A stretch of 42,929 bases of DNA from a virus. The position numbers and the translations under genes are program-made. Under the pieces are notes generated by a model that was given only the letters and a program-made list of their open reading frames with translations, had not been told where the DNA came from and did not search any database. Below, piece by piece: positions 9,918-19,848 of the stretch. Within the stretch, counting starts at the first letter, position 1. Each line of letters begins with the position of its first letter. The stretch lies in IMG/VR virus record IMGVR_UViG_3300045988_057118. One strand, written 5' to 3'.

Positions 9918-10396
9918 TGACACCATTAGATGTATCAGACGGCATTGCCACCTATCTCATGGATGAGTTGCGCAAGCTAAATGAAACAAGTGATGTTACC
10001 ACGAGCCCTATTCGAGTATGGAGCGGGTTCTTACCAAGGGTGGATAAGAATGAAGATAAGCGCAAGTTATGTCCAGCCGTAGTAGTGCATCCGTATTCTG
10101 TTAGTGATGCGGATAGTTCGACGGTAGGTATTACTGTATTGGTAACTACTTATGACGAGGCCTTAACAAAAGGTCATGTCGGACTATATCACCTCTTAGA
10201 GGTAGTGCGTGAGCGGTTACTATCTGATAATCCAGTAGCACTTAAATATGAAATTAAGGAGAATACCGTTAATACAACAATTCCTGATGATCAACCATAC
10301 CCTCAATGGGTTGGATATCTTGAATTTGAAGTGTACATTCCAGTTATTCGTAGAAATCTAAACAAGATATTTACGGATAATAAAGTAATTGAATAG
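9917..10396 (+). CDS. Neck / tail terminator-position protein
   Basis: 159 aa, coupled TAATGA overlap with upstream gene; immediately before the sheath region. Confidence 0.35.
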   Translation: MTPLDVSDGIATYLMDELRKLNETSDVTTSPIRVWSGFLPRVDKNEDKRKLCPAVVVHPYSVSDADSSTVGITVLVTTYDEALTKGHVGLYHLLEVVRERLLSDNPVALKYEIKENTVNTTIPDDQPYPQWVGYLEFEVYIPVIRRNLNKIFTDNKVIE

Positions 10397-10405
10397 GAGA
10401 CAACG

Positions 10406-10633
10406 ATGAACCCTGTTGTATATGTTGGGCCTTCGTTCCGCAGTAGCCGGTTAAATCAATTCATGGTATTTAGCGACGGTGCACCACTGCCGGAAGCGGA
10501 AGACCCTATTTTTATGCATTTATTCGTGCCTCTGGACGAACTCAACCAAGCAATGATTGATGTGAGAACACAAGGCACACAATTAAATGTATTCTATGTT
10601 AACGCATTGAAGAATTATAAAGGAGTGAAGTAA
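10406..10633 (+). CDS. Hypothetical protein
   Basis: 75-aa ORF with RBS, directly upstream of the sheath gene. Confidence 0.35.
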   Translation: MNPVVYVGPSFRSSRLNQFMVFSDGAPLPEAEDPIFMHLFVPLDELNQAMIDVRTQGTQLNVFYVNALKNYKGVK

Positions 10634-12073
10634 ATGGCCTTTTATCATGGCGTCAAAACAAGTGAGCAAGCTACCTCTGTAATTGCTCCTGTCCAAACTA
10701 CTGCCGGGCTTCCAATTGTGTTCGGTACTGCACCTGTACACCTTACAGAAGACCCTAGCGCAGTAATTAATAAGCCAATCATCTGTTATAGCTGGGAAGA
10801 AGCTGTTCAACAACTTGGCTATTCTGAAGATTGGACACATTTCACATTGTGTGAAGCAATGTACGCACAATTCAAATTGTATGGCGTAGCTCCAATCGTA
10901 TTTGTTAACGTATTGGATCCTGCTAAACATAAGAAATCCACTACAACAACTGCTACATTGACAGAAAAGAAATGCATTGTAAAAGCTGCAGTATTGCTTA
11001 ACACATTGCAAGTATCTAGTGGCGGTCAAACAGGTGTGGCCAACACAGATTACACGGCGGCATTTGATGACAAAAATCAATTAATCATCTCTGTTATCAA
11101 AGGTGGTAAGTTCGATTCCGCAAGTACATTGGACCTCACATACGATGAACTCGATGTAGAAAACTTCGATTATAAAAACGTAATCGGCGGTGTAGATAGT
11201 AATGAAAAAGCAACAGGCTTTGAATTGATTGATACAATCTATCATCATTTCGGTATTGTACCTGGTCTTATTGCTGCACCTGGATTCTCTCAACATCCTA
11301 CAGTCGCTTCCGTGATGAAAGCAAAATCTCGTGTTATTAATAACTTGTTTGGTGCGACTACTTTGGTAGATATCGATACTACACAAGTTGTTAAATACAC
11401 AGATGCTTACGAATGGAAGAAAGGTAATAGCTATACAGGTGAATCTGAAGTCGTATGTTGGCCGATGGTTCGCAATGGCGATTATAGGTTCCATATGTCT
11501 ACGCACATCATGGGCATTATTGGCAAATGTGATGCATCCAATAGCGATATTCCTACGTTATCCCCTTCCAATAAGTCTATGAACATCACAGGCTTATGCT
11601 TAGCTAATGGTAAGGAAGTAATGCTTACTCATTCCCAAGCTAATTTATTGAACTCTCAAGGGATTATGACGGCCGTTAATATCAATGGCTGGGTATCTTG
11701 GGGCAACTACACAGGTGCATATCCTGGTACAACTGATGTTAAGGATACATTTATTTGTGTACGTCGTTTCAATGATTGGGATGATCAAACATTCATCTTA
11801 ACGTATTGGCAAAAAGTGGATATGCCTATCTTGCCTCGTAATATCAAGACAATTCTTGATAGTGAAACAATCCGTCTTAACGGTCTTACTTCTCGTGGAT
11901 TTATCTTGGGCGGTCGTATTGAATTCAAAGAAGCAGAAAACCCTACAACAGATTTGTTGAATGGTATTATTCGCTTCCATAAATACCGTACACCTCCAAT
12001 TCCAGCACAAGAAATTGAAAGCATTTCTGAATACGATGTTTCCTATTTCAAAACGCTATTTCAAACAGTATAG
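10634..12073 (+). CDS. Contractile tail sheath protein
   Basis: 479 aa; C-terminal sheath-like conserved region (VSWGNYTGAYPG ... FICVRRFNDWDDQ); followed by a tube gene. Confidence 0.75.
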   Translation: MAFYHGVKTSEQATSVIAPVQTTAGLPIVFGTAPVHLTEDPSAVINKPIICYSWEEAVQQLGYSEDWTHFTLCEAMYAQFKLYGVAPIVFVNVLDPAKHKKSTTTTATLTEKKCIVKAAVLLNTLQVSSGGQTGVANTDYTAAFDDKNQLIISVIKGGKFDSASTLDLTYDELDVENFDYKNVIGGVDSNEKATGFELIDTIYHHFGIVPGLIAAPGFSQHPTVASVMKAKSRVINNLFGATTLVDIDTTQVVKYTDAYEWKKGNSYTGESEVVCWPMVRNGDYRFHMSTHIMGIIGKCDASNSDIPTLSPSNKSMNITGLCLANGKEVMLTHSQANLLNSQGIMTAVNINGWVSWGNYTGAYPGTTDVKDTFICVRRFNDWDDQTFILTYWQKVDMPILPRNIKTILDSETIRLNGLTSRGFILGGRIEFKEAENPTTDLLNGIIRFHKYRTPPIPAQEIESISEYDVSYFKTLFQTV

Positions 12074-12089
12074 AAAGGGGTAATTAATC

Positions 12090-12623
12090 ATGGCATCTAT
12101 CAATCAAGTGCCGGAAGTACTTAATGACTTCCGTGTATACGAAGAAGGCTCTGACAACTGTTTAGGTGTTGCCAAAGTGGAATTACCTAGTGAATCTGTA
12201 ATGACTCAAACTGTAAAAGGTGTGGGCATTGCAGGTGAAGTAGAAGCGCCAGTTATTGGACACTACTCCTCTATGGAAACAAAACTTACTTGGAACACTC
12301 CAACAGAAACTACACACCGCCTTACAGGTGGTCGTGGCGTACGCTTAGAAGTACGTGGTGCTATCCAATGTTGGGATAGTGGCAAAGATAAATATGTAAT
12401 CGTGCCTACACGTGCTGTTATTCGTGGCCGTGCTAAATCTAAAGAAAATGGCACATATGAATCTGGCAATACTATCGATGCAACGAACACAATCGAAACT
12501 ACATACTTGAAACTCGAACAAGATGGCAAGGTAGTTCGTGAAATCGATAAATACGCCTATAAAGATTCTATTTCTGATGGCACCGACTTCCTTGGCGATG
12601 TTCGTGCTGCACTCGGTATTTAG
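12090..12623 (+). CDS. Tail tube protein (P2 FII-like)
   Basis: 177 aa; pattern similar to P2 FII, including C-terminal DFLGDVRAALGI. Confidence 0.75.
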   Translation: MASINQVPEVLNDFRVYEEGSDNCLGVAKVELPSESVMTQTVKGVGIAGEVEAPVIGHYSSMETKLTWNTPTETTHRLTGGRGVRLEVRGAIQCWDSGKDKYVIVPTRAVIRGRAKSKENGTYESGNTIDATNTIETTYLKLEQDGKVVREIDKYAYKDSISDGTDFLGDVRAALGI

Positions 12624-12645
12624 TCTGTAGAAAGGACGATCACTA

Positions 12646-12942
12646 ATGAGTAAACATAACACTATGAACGAAACACATGAACAAACAGGTATTGAATTAG
12701 TAAAAGCTGGTCATTCCTTACAATTTGAAGGCATCAGCGGGTACACATTAATTAAATGCGAAAAGTCCGCTAAGGGTGAAGATAAAACTATTACAGTTCC
12801 GGCATTATCCATGACGTATCAAGCACATGTAGCAGCTGCTGTATGCGGATGTAAAGTGGATGATATTTATAGTCTCCCGGCTGCCGATTTCACTAGAGTG
12901 TGCTTAGAGGTACAGAATTTTTTGCTCAATTCCGAAAAATAA
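12646..12942 (+). CDS. Tail assembly chaperone (G / E-like)
   Basis: 98 aa between tube and tape measure; a -1 frame ORF overlaps at a TTTTTTG heptamer. Confidence 0.55.
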   Translation: MSKHNTMNETHEQTGIELVKAGHSLQFEGISGYTLIKCEKSAKGEDKTITVPALSMTYQAHVAAAVCGCKVDDIYSLPAADFTRVCLEVQNFLLNSEK

Positions 12943-13112
12943 CAGACCTAGAACGGTATTTTACTGAGTGTGCAATTACGTGTAGTAAATACACTAGCAC
13001 ACCGATGGACTACTTCATTAGAGAGCTAGACGTGGATGAGTTCATAGTCCACGTTCGGCTCATTAGTGATAGTATCGAGCGCGAGAATAAAACAATGAAA
13101 GGGAGAAAATAA
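12900..13112 (+). CDS. -1 frameshift extension of the tail chaperone (GT / E+E'-like)
   Basis: Frame -1 relative to 12646..12942, no credible own start; slippery T TTT TTG at 12918-12924 inside the overlap; ends at the tape measure start. Confidence 0.5.
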   Translation: MLRGTEFFAQFRKITDLERYFTECAITCSKYTSTPMDYFIRELDVDEFIVHVRLISDSIERENKTMKGRK

Positions 13113-15451
13113 TGGCCAATAAAGTCTTAGAAATGGCGATTGCCATTAAAGGTAAACTCGATGGCGGGTTATCTTCCTCCGTATCAAAAGCATCTCAGGA
13201 ACTCAATAAATTATCTAATGTAATCAAAGATCAACAGGCGCAATATAGAAAACTACAAGCTATATCGCAAAAGACTGGTAATGTTAGCGATAGGAACGCA
13301 GCAATTGCAGCTGAGCAAAAGCTGAATTCTATGTTACAACGGCAAGCCCGGTTACGGTCTAATATCGCAAGTCAGACGGCGCATCAAAATGCAATCAGTA
13401 AAATGGGTGGTGCAAGTCCTTTAGCAGGTGCTGCATCAGCTGCGCAAGGTGCTAGTGCTGCGGTAAGTGGTATTACAGGAAAGCTTGCAAGTTTCGCTAT
13501 GGTTGCCGCCGGTGGGTTTGGTATTGGTGCCATTATAGATAATGTAGTAAATGCTGGCGAAGCACTTTATCAATTGTCTAATAAATTACATATGACAACT
13601 GCTGAAACGGCACAATTTAAGAAGATTATGACATTAAGTGGTGTTGATGTAGAAGCGGCCGCAAAGTCTTTCGCTAAAATGGATAAGACTTTGGCTGGTG
13701 GCGGTAAAAGTGCTGAAGCTTTGCAAGGATATCTCAGTCAATTTGGTGTATCCTTAACCGATGCCAATGGCAAGTTATTGCCTATGAATCAACAGTTGGA
13801 TGCAATGGCTAAAGGTTACCAAAATGCGGTAGCACAAGGCCGGGGACAAGAATTCATGCTTGAAACGCTAGGTGCAAAAGGCATGGAGCTTACTAAAGTA
13901 TTTGAGAACTATGCAGATGCACAAGCGGCCGCATCACAAATCAAAGGCGTCGGAATAGATCCTAAATCACTCCATGAAATATGGCTACAAATGAACATCT
14001 TGAAAGCGGAAGCTACGCAAGTTGCATTAGGGTTGGCACAAGCCTTTATACCGATTGCTCAGCAAATATTACCGGCACTAATACCGGTATTGCAAGCTGT
14101 TGTAACCTTCATGAAGGATAATAAGGAAGCTATTGCCGCCGTAGTCACTAATGGATTGAAATTAGCCTTACTGTATGGTACGGCTACAAAACTAGCATCA
14201 GGTATTACTACAATTACCACGGCATTTAAAGGTGTAGAAACGGCAACGGGTGCATTTAAAGCAGCGGGTGCATTAATAGGTGGTCCATGGGTAATCGCTA
14301 TCATGGCGATTATTGCGGTGATATACCTATTAGTAACTAATTGGGATACTATCTGTGCCACGTTAACATCTGTTTGGGATAGTGTATGTTCTGGATTGAG
14401 TTCAATATGGGATAGCGTATGTTCTGCTTTAAGTTCCGCATGGAGCGCCATTATATCCGGTATTATGGCTGTAATTAATGGGTTCTTATCATTAGGCCTT
14501 AGCGCATTTAATGCATTGAAAGCGGCAATAATTGCTTATGTAAATCTATGGTTAAACCTACCAACATATATTGGTATGGCCGTAGGATTCATAATAGGCA
14601 TTATTTTGCGATTACCAGAGATAGCGGTACAAGTTGGTACTGCTGTTATATCTGCCGTCGTATCATTTGCCACAGAATGTTATAACTTCGCAGTTACTAC
14701 ATTTAGTGCTATGGTCGATGATATTTATAACTTCTTAATCAATTTGCCTATGTATATGATCACTTTGGGCGCTGAATTCGTGGCGGCGGTTATTTCGTTT
14801 GCCTCTGAAGCATATGCTACGGCCACATCATGGATTAGTAGTTTGGTTAACGATGTTATTAATTTCATCATGAATTTACCTAGTGCATGTGCTGATGCGG
14901 GAGCCAGTTTCGTAGCTGCCGCAGGCCAATGGGCAAGTGATGCCTATAATGCTGTGTTAAACTGGGTAAGTCAAATCCCGAGCGCTGTAGCTAATGCAAT
15001 CGCTGGTGCATGGGATAGTATTAAAGCCCAATTTAGCGGAGGCTTTACAGTAGGTGTTTCCGCAGCTGGAGAGGTTGGTAAGAGAGCCAACGGTGGTGTT
15101 ATTACATCTCCAGAACTATCGTGGATAGGGGAAGCTGGTTATCCAGAAGTTGTAGTTCCTATTGATGGTAGTGCTAATGCTATGAATTTATGGCAAACGG
15201 CCGGACGAATGTTAGGTGTGAGTGGAGCGCAGTCAGCTGTAGTGCCTACTGTATCATTAGCACCTAGCGTACCTGTGACATCCTCATCTAGTAATAGTGG
15301 GGCGCCTGTACAGATTACATTTGCACCAGTTATTAATGCTGGTAATGGTTCAACTGATGATATTATGTCGGCATTGGACGCTAAAATGCGTGAATTTGAA
15401 CAAATGATGCGTAGCTATACCGCCGGACAACGGAGGTTAAGTTATGACTAG
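13112..15451 (+). CDS. Tail tape measure protein
   Basis: 779 aa, Ala/Gly-rich with hydrophobic segments and internal tandem repeats (WDSVCSGLSS x2); canonical position. Confidence 0.8.
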   Translation: MANKVLEMAIAIKGKLDGGLSSSVSKASQELNKLSNVIKDQQAQYRKLQAISQKTGNVSDRNAAIAAEQKLNSMLQRQARLRSNIASQTAHQNAISKMGGASPLAGAASAAQGASAAVSGITGKLASFAMVAAGGFGIGAIIDNVVNAGEALYQLSNKLHMTTAETAQFKKIMTLSGVDVEAAAKSFAKMDKTLAGGGKSAEALQGYLSQFGVSLTDANGKLLPMNQQLDAMAKGYQNAVAQGRGQEFMLETLGAKGMELTKVFENYADAQAAASQIKGVGIDPKSLHEIWLQMNILKAEATQVALGLAQAFIPIAQQILPALIPVLQAVVTFMKDNKEAIAAVVTNGLKLALLYGTATKLASGITTITTAFKGVETATGAFKAAGALIGGPWVIAIMAIIAVIYLLVTNWDTICATLTSVWDSVCSGLSSIWDSVCSALSSAWSAIISGIMAVINGFLSLGLSAFNALKAAIIAYVNLWLNLPTYIGMAVGFIIGIILRLPEIAVQVGTAVISAVVSFATECYNFAVTTFSAMVDDIYNFLINLPMYMITLGAEFVAAVISFASEAYATATSWISSLVNDVINFIMNLPSACADAGASFVAAAGQWASDAYNAVLNWVSQIPSAVANAIAGAWDSIKAQFSGGFTVGVSAAGEVGKRANGGVITSPELSWIGEAGYPEVVVPIDGSANAMNLWQTAGRMLGVSGAQSAVVPTVSLAPSVPVTSSSSNSGAPVQITFAPVINAGNGSTDDIMSALDAKMREFEQMMRSYTAGQRRLSYD

Positions 15452-15647
15452 TTATACAACAATACAAGGGGATATGTGGGATTTAATCGCTTATAAGGTG
15501 TATGGCAACGAACGATACATTAATCTATTGTTAGAAGCAAACCAAAAACATCGTAATACGGCGATATTTTCCGCTGGTGTTGTGTTAACATGCCCAGATG
15601 TTCCTGCTGATTCCTTGCCTGAATTCTTACCACCATGGAGGCGATAG
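15444..15647 (+). CDS. Tail protein X-like (LysM-like, P2 gpX family)
   Basis: 67 aa, same size as P2 gpX, with the pattern QGDMWDLIAYKVYG ... LLLEANQ ... LTCPDV. Confidence 0.65.
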   Translation: MTSYTTIQGDMWDLIAYKVYGNERYINLLLEANQKHRNTAIFSAGVVLTCPDVPADSLPEFLPPWRR

Positions 15648-15650
15648 TAT

Positions 15651-16811
15651 ATGAGCTTACAAAAGAGCCTAGCTAAGGTCCAGAAATGGAAGAAAGATTT
15701 AACGCCACAAACGAAGTTAGCACGGCGGGCATGGTGTACGATTGGTTACCAACATTGGGGGAGTAAGGAGTCAAAGGACATCACCGACGATATTAGTAAA
15801 TACCTTCTTGATATAACTTTCACAGATAACCTTTCAGGAACTGTAGATGACGTGGCTATCTCACTAGAAGATAGGGGCCGTCTATGGGTCGGCGATTGGT
15901 ACCCTGTGAAAGGGTCATTACTAGAAGTGGCAATTAATACCGTAGCATGGGAGAAATTAGGGGATGAACAATTTACGTTGCCAATCGGCAAATTTGAAAT
16001 TGATGAATTCGAGGGCAGTAGCCTTCCTGATGTAGTTAAAATCAAAGGTGTCGCTATTATCGGTAGTACTGACTTGCGGGAGAAAAAGAAAGACAAATCG
16101 TGGAAAACTACAACGCTTAAAGCGATTGCTACCGAGAAAGCAAAAGATAATAAATTAAAGCTAGTATGGGATGCGGATTTTGACCCACCGTTAAAAGATG
16201 CATCACAAAGTGCTGAATCAGACCTCGCATTCTTGCAGAAACTATGCAATGATGCGGGGTTTTCTCTTAAGGTATCCACTGAACAGTTGATTATATTCGA
16301 TGATTACAAATACGAAAACGTGAAGCCTAAAGTTATAATTCGTAGACCAGGTGGCCAATATCAACCTGTACAGACGAAGGAAGGCGAGCAACCGCCTTTG
16401 ATTATTACTAGAGCCTTATCTTATTCGTACAAAAGTAAAACTCGTGAAGTATATCGAGCATGCCATGTGAAATATACAGATAAGGATAAGAAATCCGTTA
16501 TCGAGGATACATTCGAAGATCCTGACCGTAAGGGTCACACGTACCTTGCTGTATTAGAGGTTAATGAACAGGTTAAAGATAAGGCTGAGGCAAAGAGATT
16601 GGCTAAAAAGAAGCTAAGAGAAGCCAATAAAGAAGCCGATACAATGTCTTTTAGTTTTCCTGGCAATCCTCTTATTATGGCATCGGTTACGGTTAATCTC
16701 GAAGGATTTGGGGTGTTCGATGGTAATTATTTAATTACTAAAGCAACGCATACATTAGGGGCCAATTATTCAACGTCGATTGATGTAAGGAGGTGTTTAA
16801 ATGGCTACTGA
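15651..16811 (+). CDS. Tail protein D-like (P2 gpD family)
   Basis: 386 aa (P2 gpD is 387); conserved blocks FTDN ... GKFEIDEFEG ... PDVVKIKG ... DLAFLQKL ... LITKATHTLG recalled from gpD. Confidence 0.75.
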   Translation: MSLQKSLAKVQKWKKDLTPQTKLARRAWCTIGYQHWGSKESKDITDDISKYLLDITFTDNLSGTVDDVAISLEDRGRLWVGDWYPVKGSLLEVAINTVAWEKLGDEQFTLPIGKFEIDEFEGSSLPDVVKIKGVAIIGSTDLREKKKDKSWKTTTLKAIATEKAKDNKLKLVWDADFDPPLKDASQSAESDLAFLQKLCNDAGFSLKVSTEQLIIFDDYKYENVKPKVIIRRPGGQYQPVQTKEGEQPPLIITRALSYSYKSKTREVYRACHVKYTDKDKKSVIEDTFEDPDRKGHTYLAVLEVNEQVKDKAEAKRLAKKKLREANKEADTMSFSFPGNPLIMASVTVNLEGFGVFDGNYLITKATHTLGANYSTSIDVRRCLNGY

Positions 16812-17265
16812 CATATTATCCACATTAGTGGATATGATATTTATTGGAAATGTTTCAAGTACAATTCCTGAAGAAGGTAAAGCCGTTGTTACACGCCTAG
16901 ATAGAGAAGGTGTTGTAACGGCGCCATTATCTGTCATTAATCGAGGTGCAGCACATGATAAGGACTATTGGATGCCGGCTATTGATGACCAGGTATTGTG
17001 CATTATGTTGCCTAATCGGTCCGGACGTGGGTTTTCCGATGGATTCATTATTGGCACATTCTTTAGTAGTGCGGATCCGACTCCAGGCGGTGCGGATAAT
17101 GGTAAACGTGTGCTTACTGTTCCTGGAGATATGACTCTTAATGTTGGAGGTACTTTATCAATTAATTCAAGCGGTGGGGATGTAGTGGTCAATGGTATTT
17201 CCTTAGTTCATCATGTGCATGGCGGTGTAGTGTCTGGTGGTTCTACAACATCAGGACCAGAATAG
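16801..17265 (+). CDS. Baseplate hub/spike protein gpV-like
   Basis: 154 aa; OB-fold gpV-like N-terminus (GKAVVTRLD ... YWMPAIDDQVLCIM) and a Gly-rich C-terminus. Confidence 0.6.
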   Translation: MATDILSTLVDMIFIGNVSSTIPEEGKAVVTRLDREGVVTAPLSVINRGAAHDKDYWMPAIDDQVLCIMLPNRSGRGFSDGFIIGTFFSSADPTPGGADNGKRVLTVPGDMTLNVGGTLSINSSGGDVVVNGISLVHHVHGGVVSGGSTTSGPE

Positions 17266-17274
17266 GAGGTATAG

Positions 17275-17751
17275 ATGTATATCGGTTATTTGGCGGATAT
17301 AGTATTTTATACCGCATTAGATAATGTTCTTACTGTATCGGATGTAACGCGTTCAGGTAGTGCTCGATGGGAAAAGCACAATTTGATGTTAGAAAAGCCT
17401 GTCAAACAATTTAGCGGACCTGATGTGGAACAAATTACATGTAAGATTCTTATTTCTGCATCACTTGGACAATCTCCAGATAGTACTGTTAAGAAATTGC
17501 GAAATTATCGCGATACGGGGGCTGTATTACCGTTTATTATCGGTGGTAAACCTGTTAGTCAAAACTACTTTGTCATCATGTCTATGAGCGAGGATAGCTT
17601 ATTCACGGATGCATACGGTAAGACTCAATCTATTGAGGTTTCTCTAACTCTTGAGGAATATTCGGATAATAATACAGTAGAAGAAAAGTCCATGCTAAAT
17701 CAATATGGTCAGAAGTTCAATAAAGTTAATACGATATTGAGGAGGTTCTAG
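17275..17751 (+). CDS. Tail protein U-like (P2 gpU family)
   Basis: 158 aa with the pattern RWEKHNLMLEKPVKQFSGPD ... VSLTLEEY. Confidence 0.5.
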   Translation: MYIGYLADIVFYTALDNVLTVSDVTRSGSARWEKHNLMLEKPVKQFSGPDVEQITCKILISASLGQSPDSTVKKLRNYRDTGAVLPFIIGGKPVSQNYFVIMSMSEDSLFTDAYGKTQSIEVSLTLEEYSDNNTVEEKSMLNQYGQKFNKVNTILRRF

Positions 17752-17753
17752 CC

Positions 17754-18065
17754 ATGTCAGCAACGTATGAAATTAAACCAGTAACTGACAATAGGATATC
17801 GCTAGCACCTGAAAGTGAAGTCGCTGAGATTTTGCAGAATGTGCAAACGATTATTTCTACTGTTCGTGGTAGCGTGCCACTAGATAGGGAGTTTGGTATT
17901 GATGGTCGCATTATTGATATGCCTATCCATCAGGCGCAAGCTCATCTATCTAACGACATATTCCAACAAATTAAACGGTATGAACCACGTGCCAAAATTA
18001 GTGATATATCATTTACCGCCACACAAAATGGGGCGTTGATTCCGAAAGTGATGGTGACTGTATGA
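17754..18065 (+). CDS. Baseplate wedge protein gpW / gp25-like
   Basis: 103 aa, GPW/gp25-like pattern (VRGSVPLDREFGIDGRIID). Confidence 0.7.
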   Translation: MSATYEIKPVTDNRISLAPESEVAEILQNVQTIISTVRGSVPLDREFGIDGRIIDMPIHQAQAHLSNDIFQQIKRYEPRAKISDISFTATQNGALIPKVMVTV

Positions 18066-19183
18066 GATTATCTGATTTACCTAATGTTGAGTTTTTTAAC
18101 ACAGATAAAGAACACGTTCAACAGAAGGTATTTGATATTTACACAACAATAACAGGGCGAACCTTGGGAGAGGGCGATCCTGTTACTTTATTTTTAAATG
18201 TAATTTCGGAAATTATTATCCGATTATTGAACGATGCAAATTATGCAGCTAAACAAAATCTATTAGCCTATGCAGAAGGCGATAACTTGGACCATGTTGG
18301 AGCTGTTCCTGCTGCTGTTGAGCGATTAAAGGCAACGAAAGCGACTACAACAATTCAAGCAACATTGTCAGCAGTGCGCACGAACTCTGTCATTATTCCA
18401 AAGTGGACTAGAATATCAACTGGAAGTGGCGAATATTTTGCTACTGTTGAGGATTTGGTTGTTCTACCAGGTCAACTTAATGGATCCGTAAAAGCAGAAG
18501 CACAAATTGCCGGGGCGCGAGGCAATGGGTTTAAGCCGGGCGAGATAAGTACAATTATTGATCCTATAGCTTATGTGGATACGATGCGTAATATAACTCT
18601 ATCTGAAGGTGGTTCTGATACAGAGGACGACGAATCGTATCGCGAACGTATTCATGAGGCTCCAGAATCGTTCTCTGTGGCAGGCCCTGAAGGGGCGTAT
18701 GAGTATTTTACAAAGTCCGCGTCGCACCTTGTGGCAGATGTAGGCGTATCTTCTCCACGTCCAGGTGAGGTTAATATTTATCCCTTATTAGCAGGAGGAG
18801 GACTTCCTGGGCAAGAATTGCTCACGACTATTACGGATTATTTATCTGATAAGAAACGTAGGCCTCTGACTGATAAGCTAACTGTATTAGCACCTACTAC
18901 TACGCAATATAACATCGACGCTAAGTATTACATTGAAAAAGGCGCCGATGCAACGGTGGTAAAAGCTAAGGCAGATAAAGCAGTTAATGACTATGTTATA
19001 TGGCAAAAGTCAAAATTGGGCCGTGATATAGTACCCAGTCGATTGGTTCAAATGCTCATGGATGTATCCGGAATTAAACGCGTTGAAGTAACGGCACCTA
19101 TATTTACCCCGATTGCAGAACAAAGCGGCGTGGCAGTAGCCAATACAATCGCTGTAGCGCTCGCAGGAAGTGAGGAAGAATGA
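18062..19183 (+). CDS. Baseplate protein J-like
   Basis: 373 aa; coupled start; Baseplate_J-like pattern (GGSDTEDDESYRERI ... GPEGAYEYF). Confidence 0.7.
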   Translation: MRLSDLPNVEFFNTDKEHVQQKVFDIYTTITGRTLGEGDPVTLFLNVISEIIIRLLNDANYAAKQNLLAYAEGDNLDHVGAVPAAVERLKATKATTTIQATLSAVRTNSVIIPKWTRISTGSGEYFATVEDLVVLPGQLNGSVKAEAQIAGARGNGFKPGEISTIIDPIAYVDTMRNITLSEGGSDTEDDESYRERIHEAPESFSVAGPEGAYEYFTKSASHLVADVGVSSPRPGEVNIYPLLAGGGLPGQELLTTITDYLSDKKRRPLTDKLTVLAPTTTQYNIDAKYYIEKGADATVVKAKADKAVNDYVIWQKSKLGRDIVPSRLVQMLMDVSGIKRVEVTAPIFTPIAEQSGVAVANTIAVALAGSEEE

Positions 19184-19839
19184 TACTTGATAGCAAGTAT
19201 ACTAGTGCGGAGCATCTTCCGTCCTCAATCGATAGGGAACCAGTTAAGTCCCTTGCTAAAACGTGGGATGATATGCTGGCCGAATTTATGAATACGAATA
19301 CTCTGCTATTATGGTCGTCTATTGATACTGAACCAGAGAGTGTAATTGATCATTTAGCGTATCAATTACACGTGGATGACTATGATAGTGGGTTACCGAT
19401 AGAGACTAAACGTGAAATGGTGAAGAACTCAATTGATATTCACCGCCATAAGGGCACGCCGTATGCTGTTGAAAAGGCCGTACAGACTATATATTCTGAT
19501 TCAAAAACCGAAGAATGGTTTGAATATGGCGGGAAACCGTACTATTTCAAGGTTACGCTAATCACAGCCCCATTAAGAGGCGAAACAGATATAGCTAAGC
19601 TTGTACGTGCTATTAATGCGGCTAAAAATGTACGGTCCTGGCTAGATGGTATTGAATTCATTCGACGAATTAACTTCAATAAGTATTTTGCCGGATGGTG
19701 CGGTGTATCTAGGAAAGTGAATATCAAGTGTGATTTCACGAATGCATGGCGCATTAATTTGAATACCCATGTAACGTCTTACACCGTTGAATCTAAGAAA
19801 ACGAAGATTAATGTAGCGCTAGATAATAGCGTTAGATAG
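19180..19839 (+). CDS. Tail protein I-like (P2 gpI family)
   Basis: 219 aa with the pattern LLLWSSID ... IDHLAYQLHVDDYD ... IHRHKGTPYAVEKAV. Confidence 0.65.
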   Translation: MILDSKYTSAEHLPSSIDREPVKSLAKTWDDMLAEFMNTNTLLLWSSIDTEPESVIDHLAYQLHVDDYDSGLPIETKREMVKNSIDIHRHKGTPYAVEKAVQTIYSDSKTEEWFEYGGKPYYFKVTLITAPLRGETDIAKLVRAINAAKNVRSWLDGIEFIRRINFNKYFAGWCGVSRKVNIKCDFTNAWRINLNTHVTSYTVESKKTKINVALDNSVR

Positions 19840-19848
19840 GAGGAATAT

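Noticed and set aside
10583-11080. 165-aa minus-strand ORF overlapping the sheath gene start
   Set aside because: Antisense to a well-supported structural gene, with no RBS and Cys-rich low-complexity translation. The same judgement applies to the other short antisense ORFs embedded in large CDSs, for example 2182..2451, 2927..3169, 5965..6243, 14059..14451, 15746..16279 and 34528..34923.
14380-14445. 33-bp imperfect tandem DNA repeat (WDSVCSGLSS-coding)
   Set aside because: Lies inside the tape measure ORF, where internal peptide repeats are normal. Not an independent genetic element.
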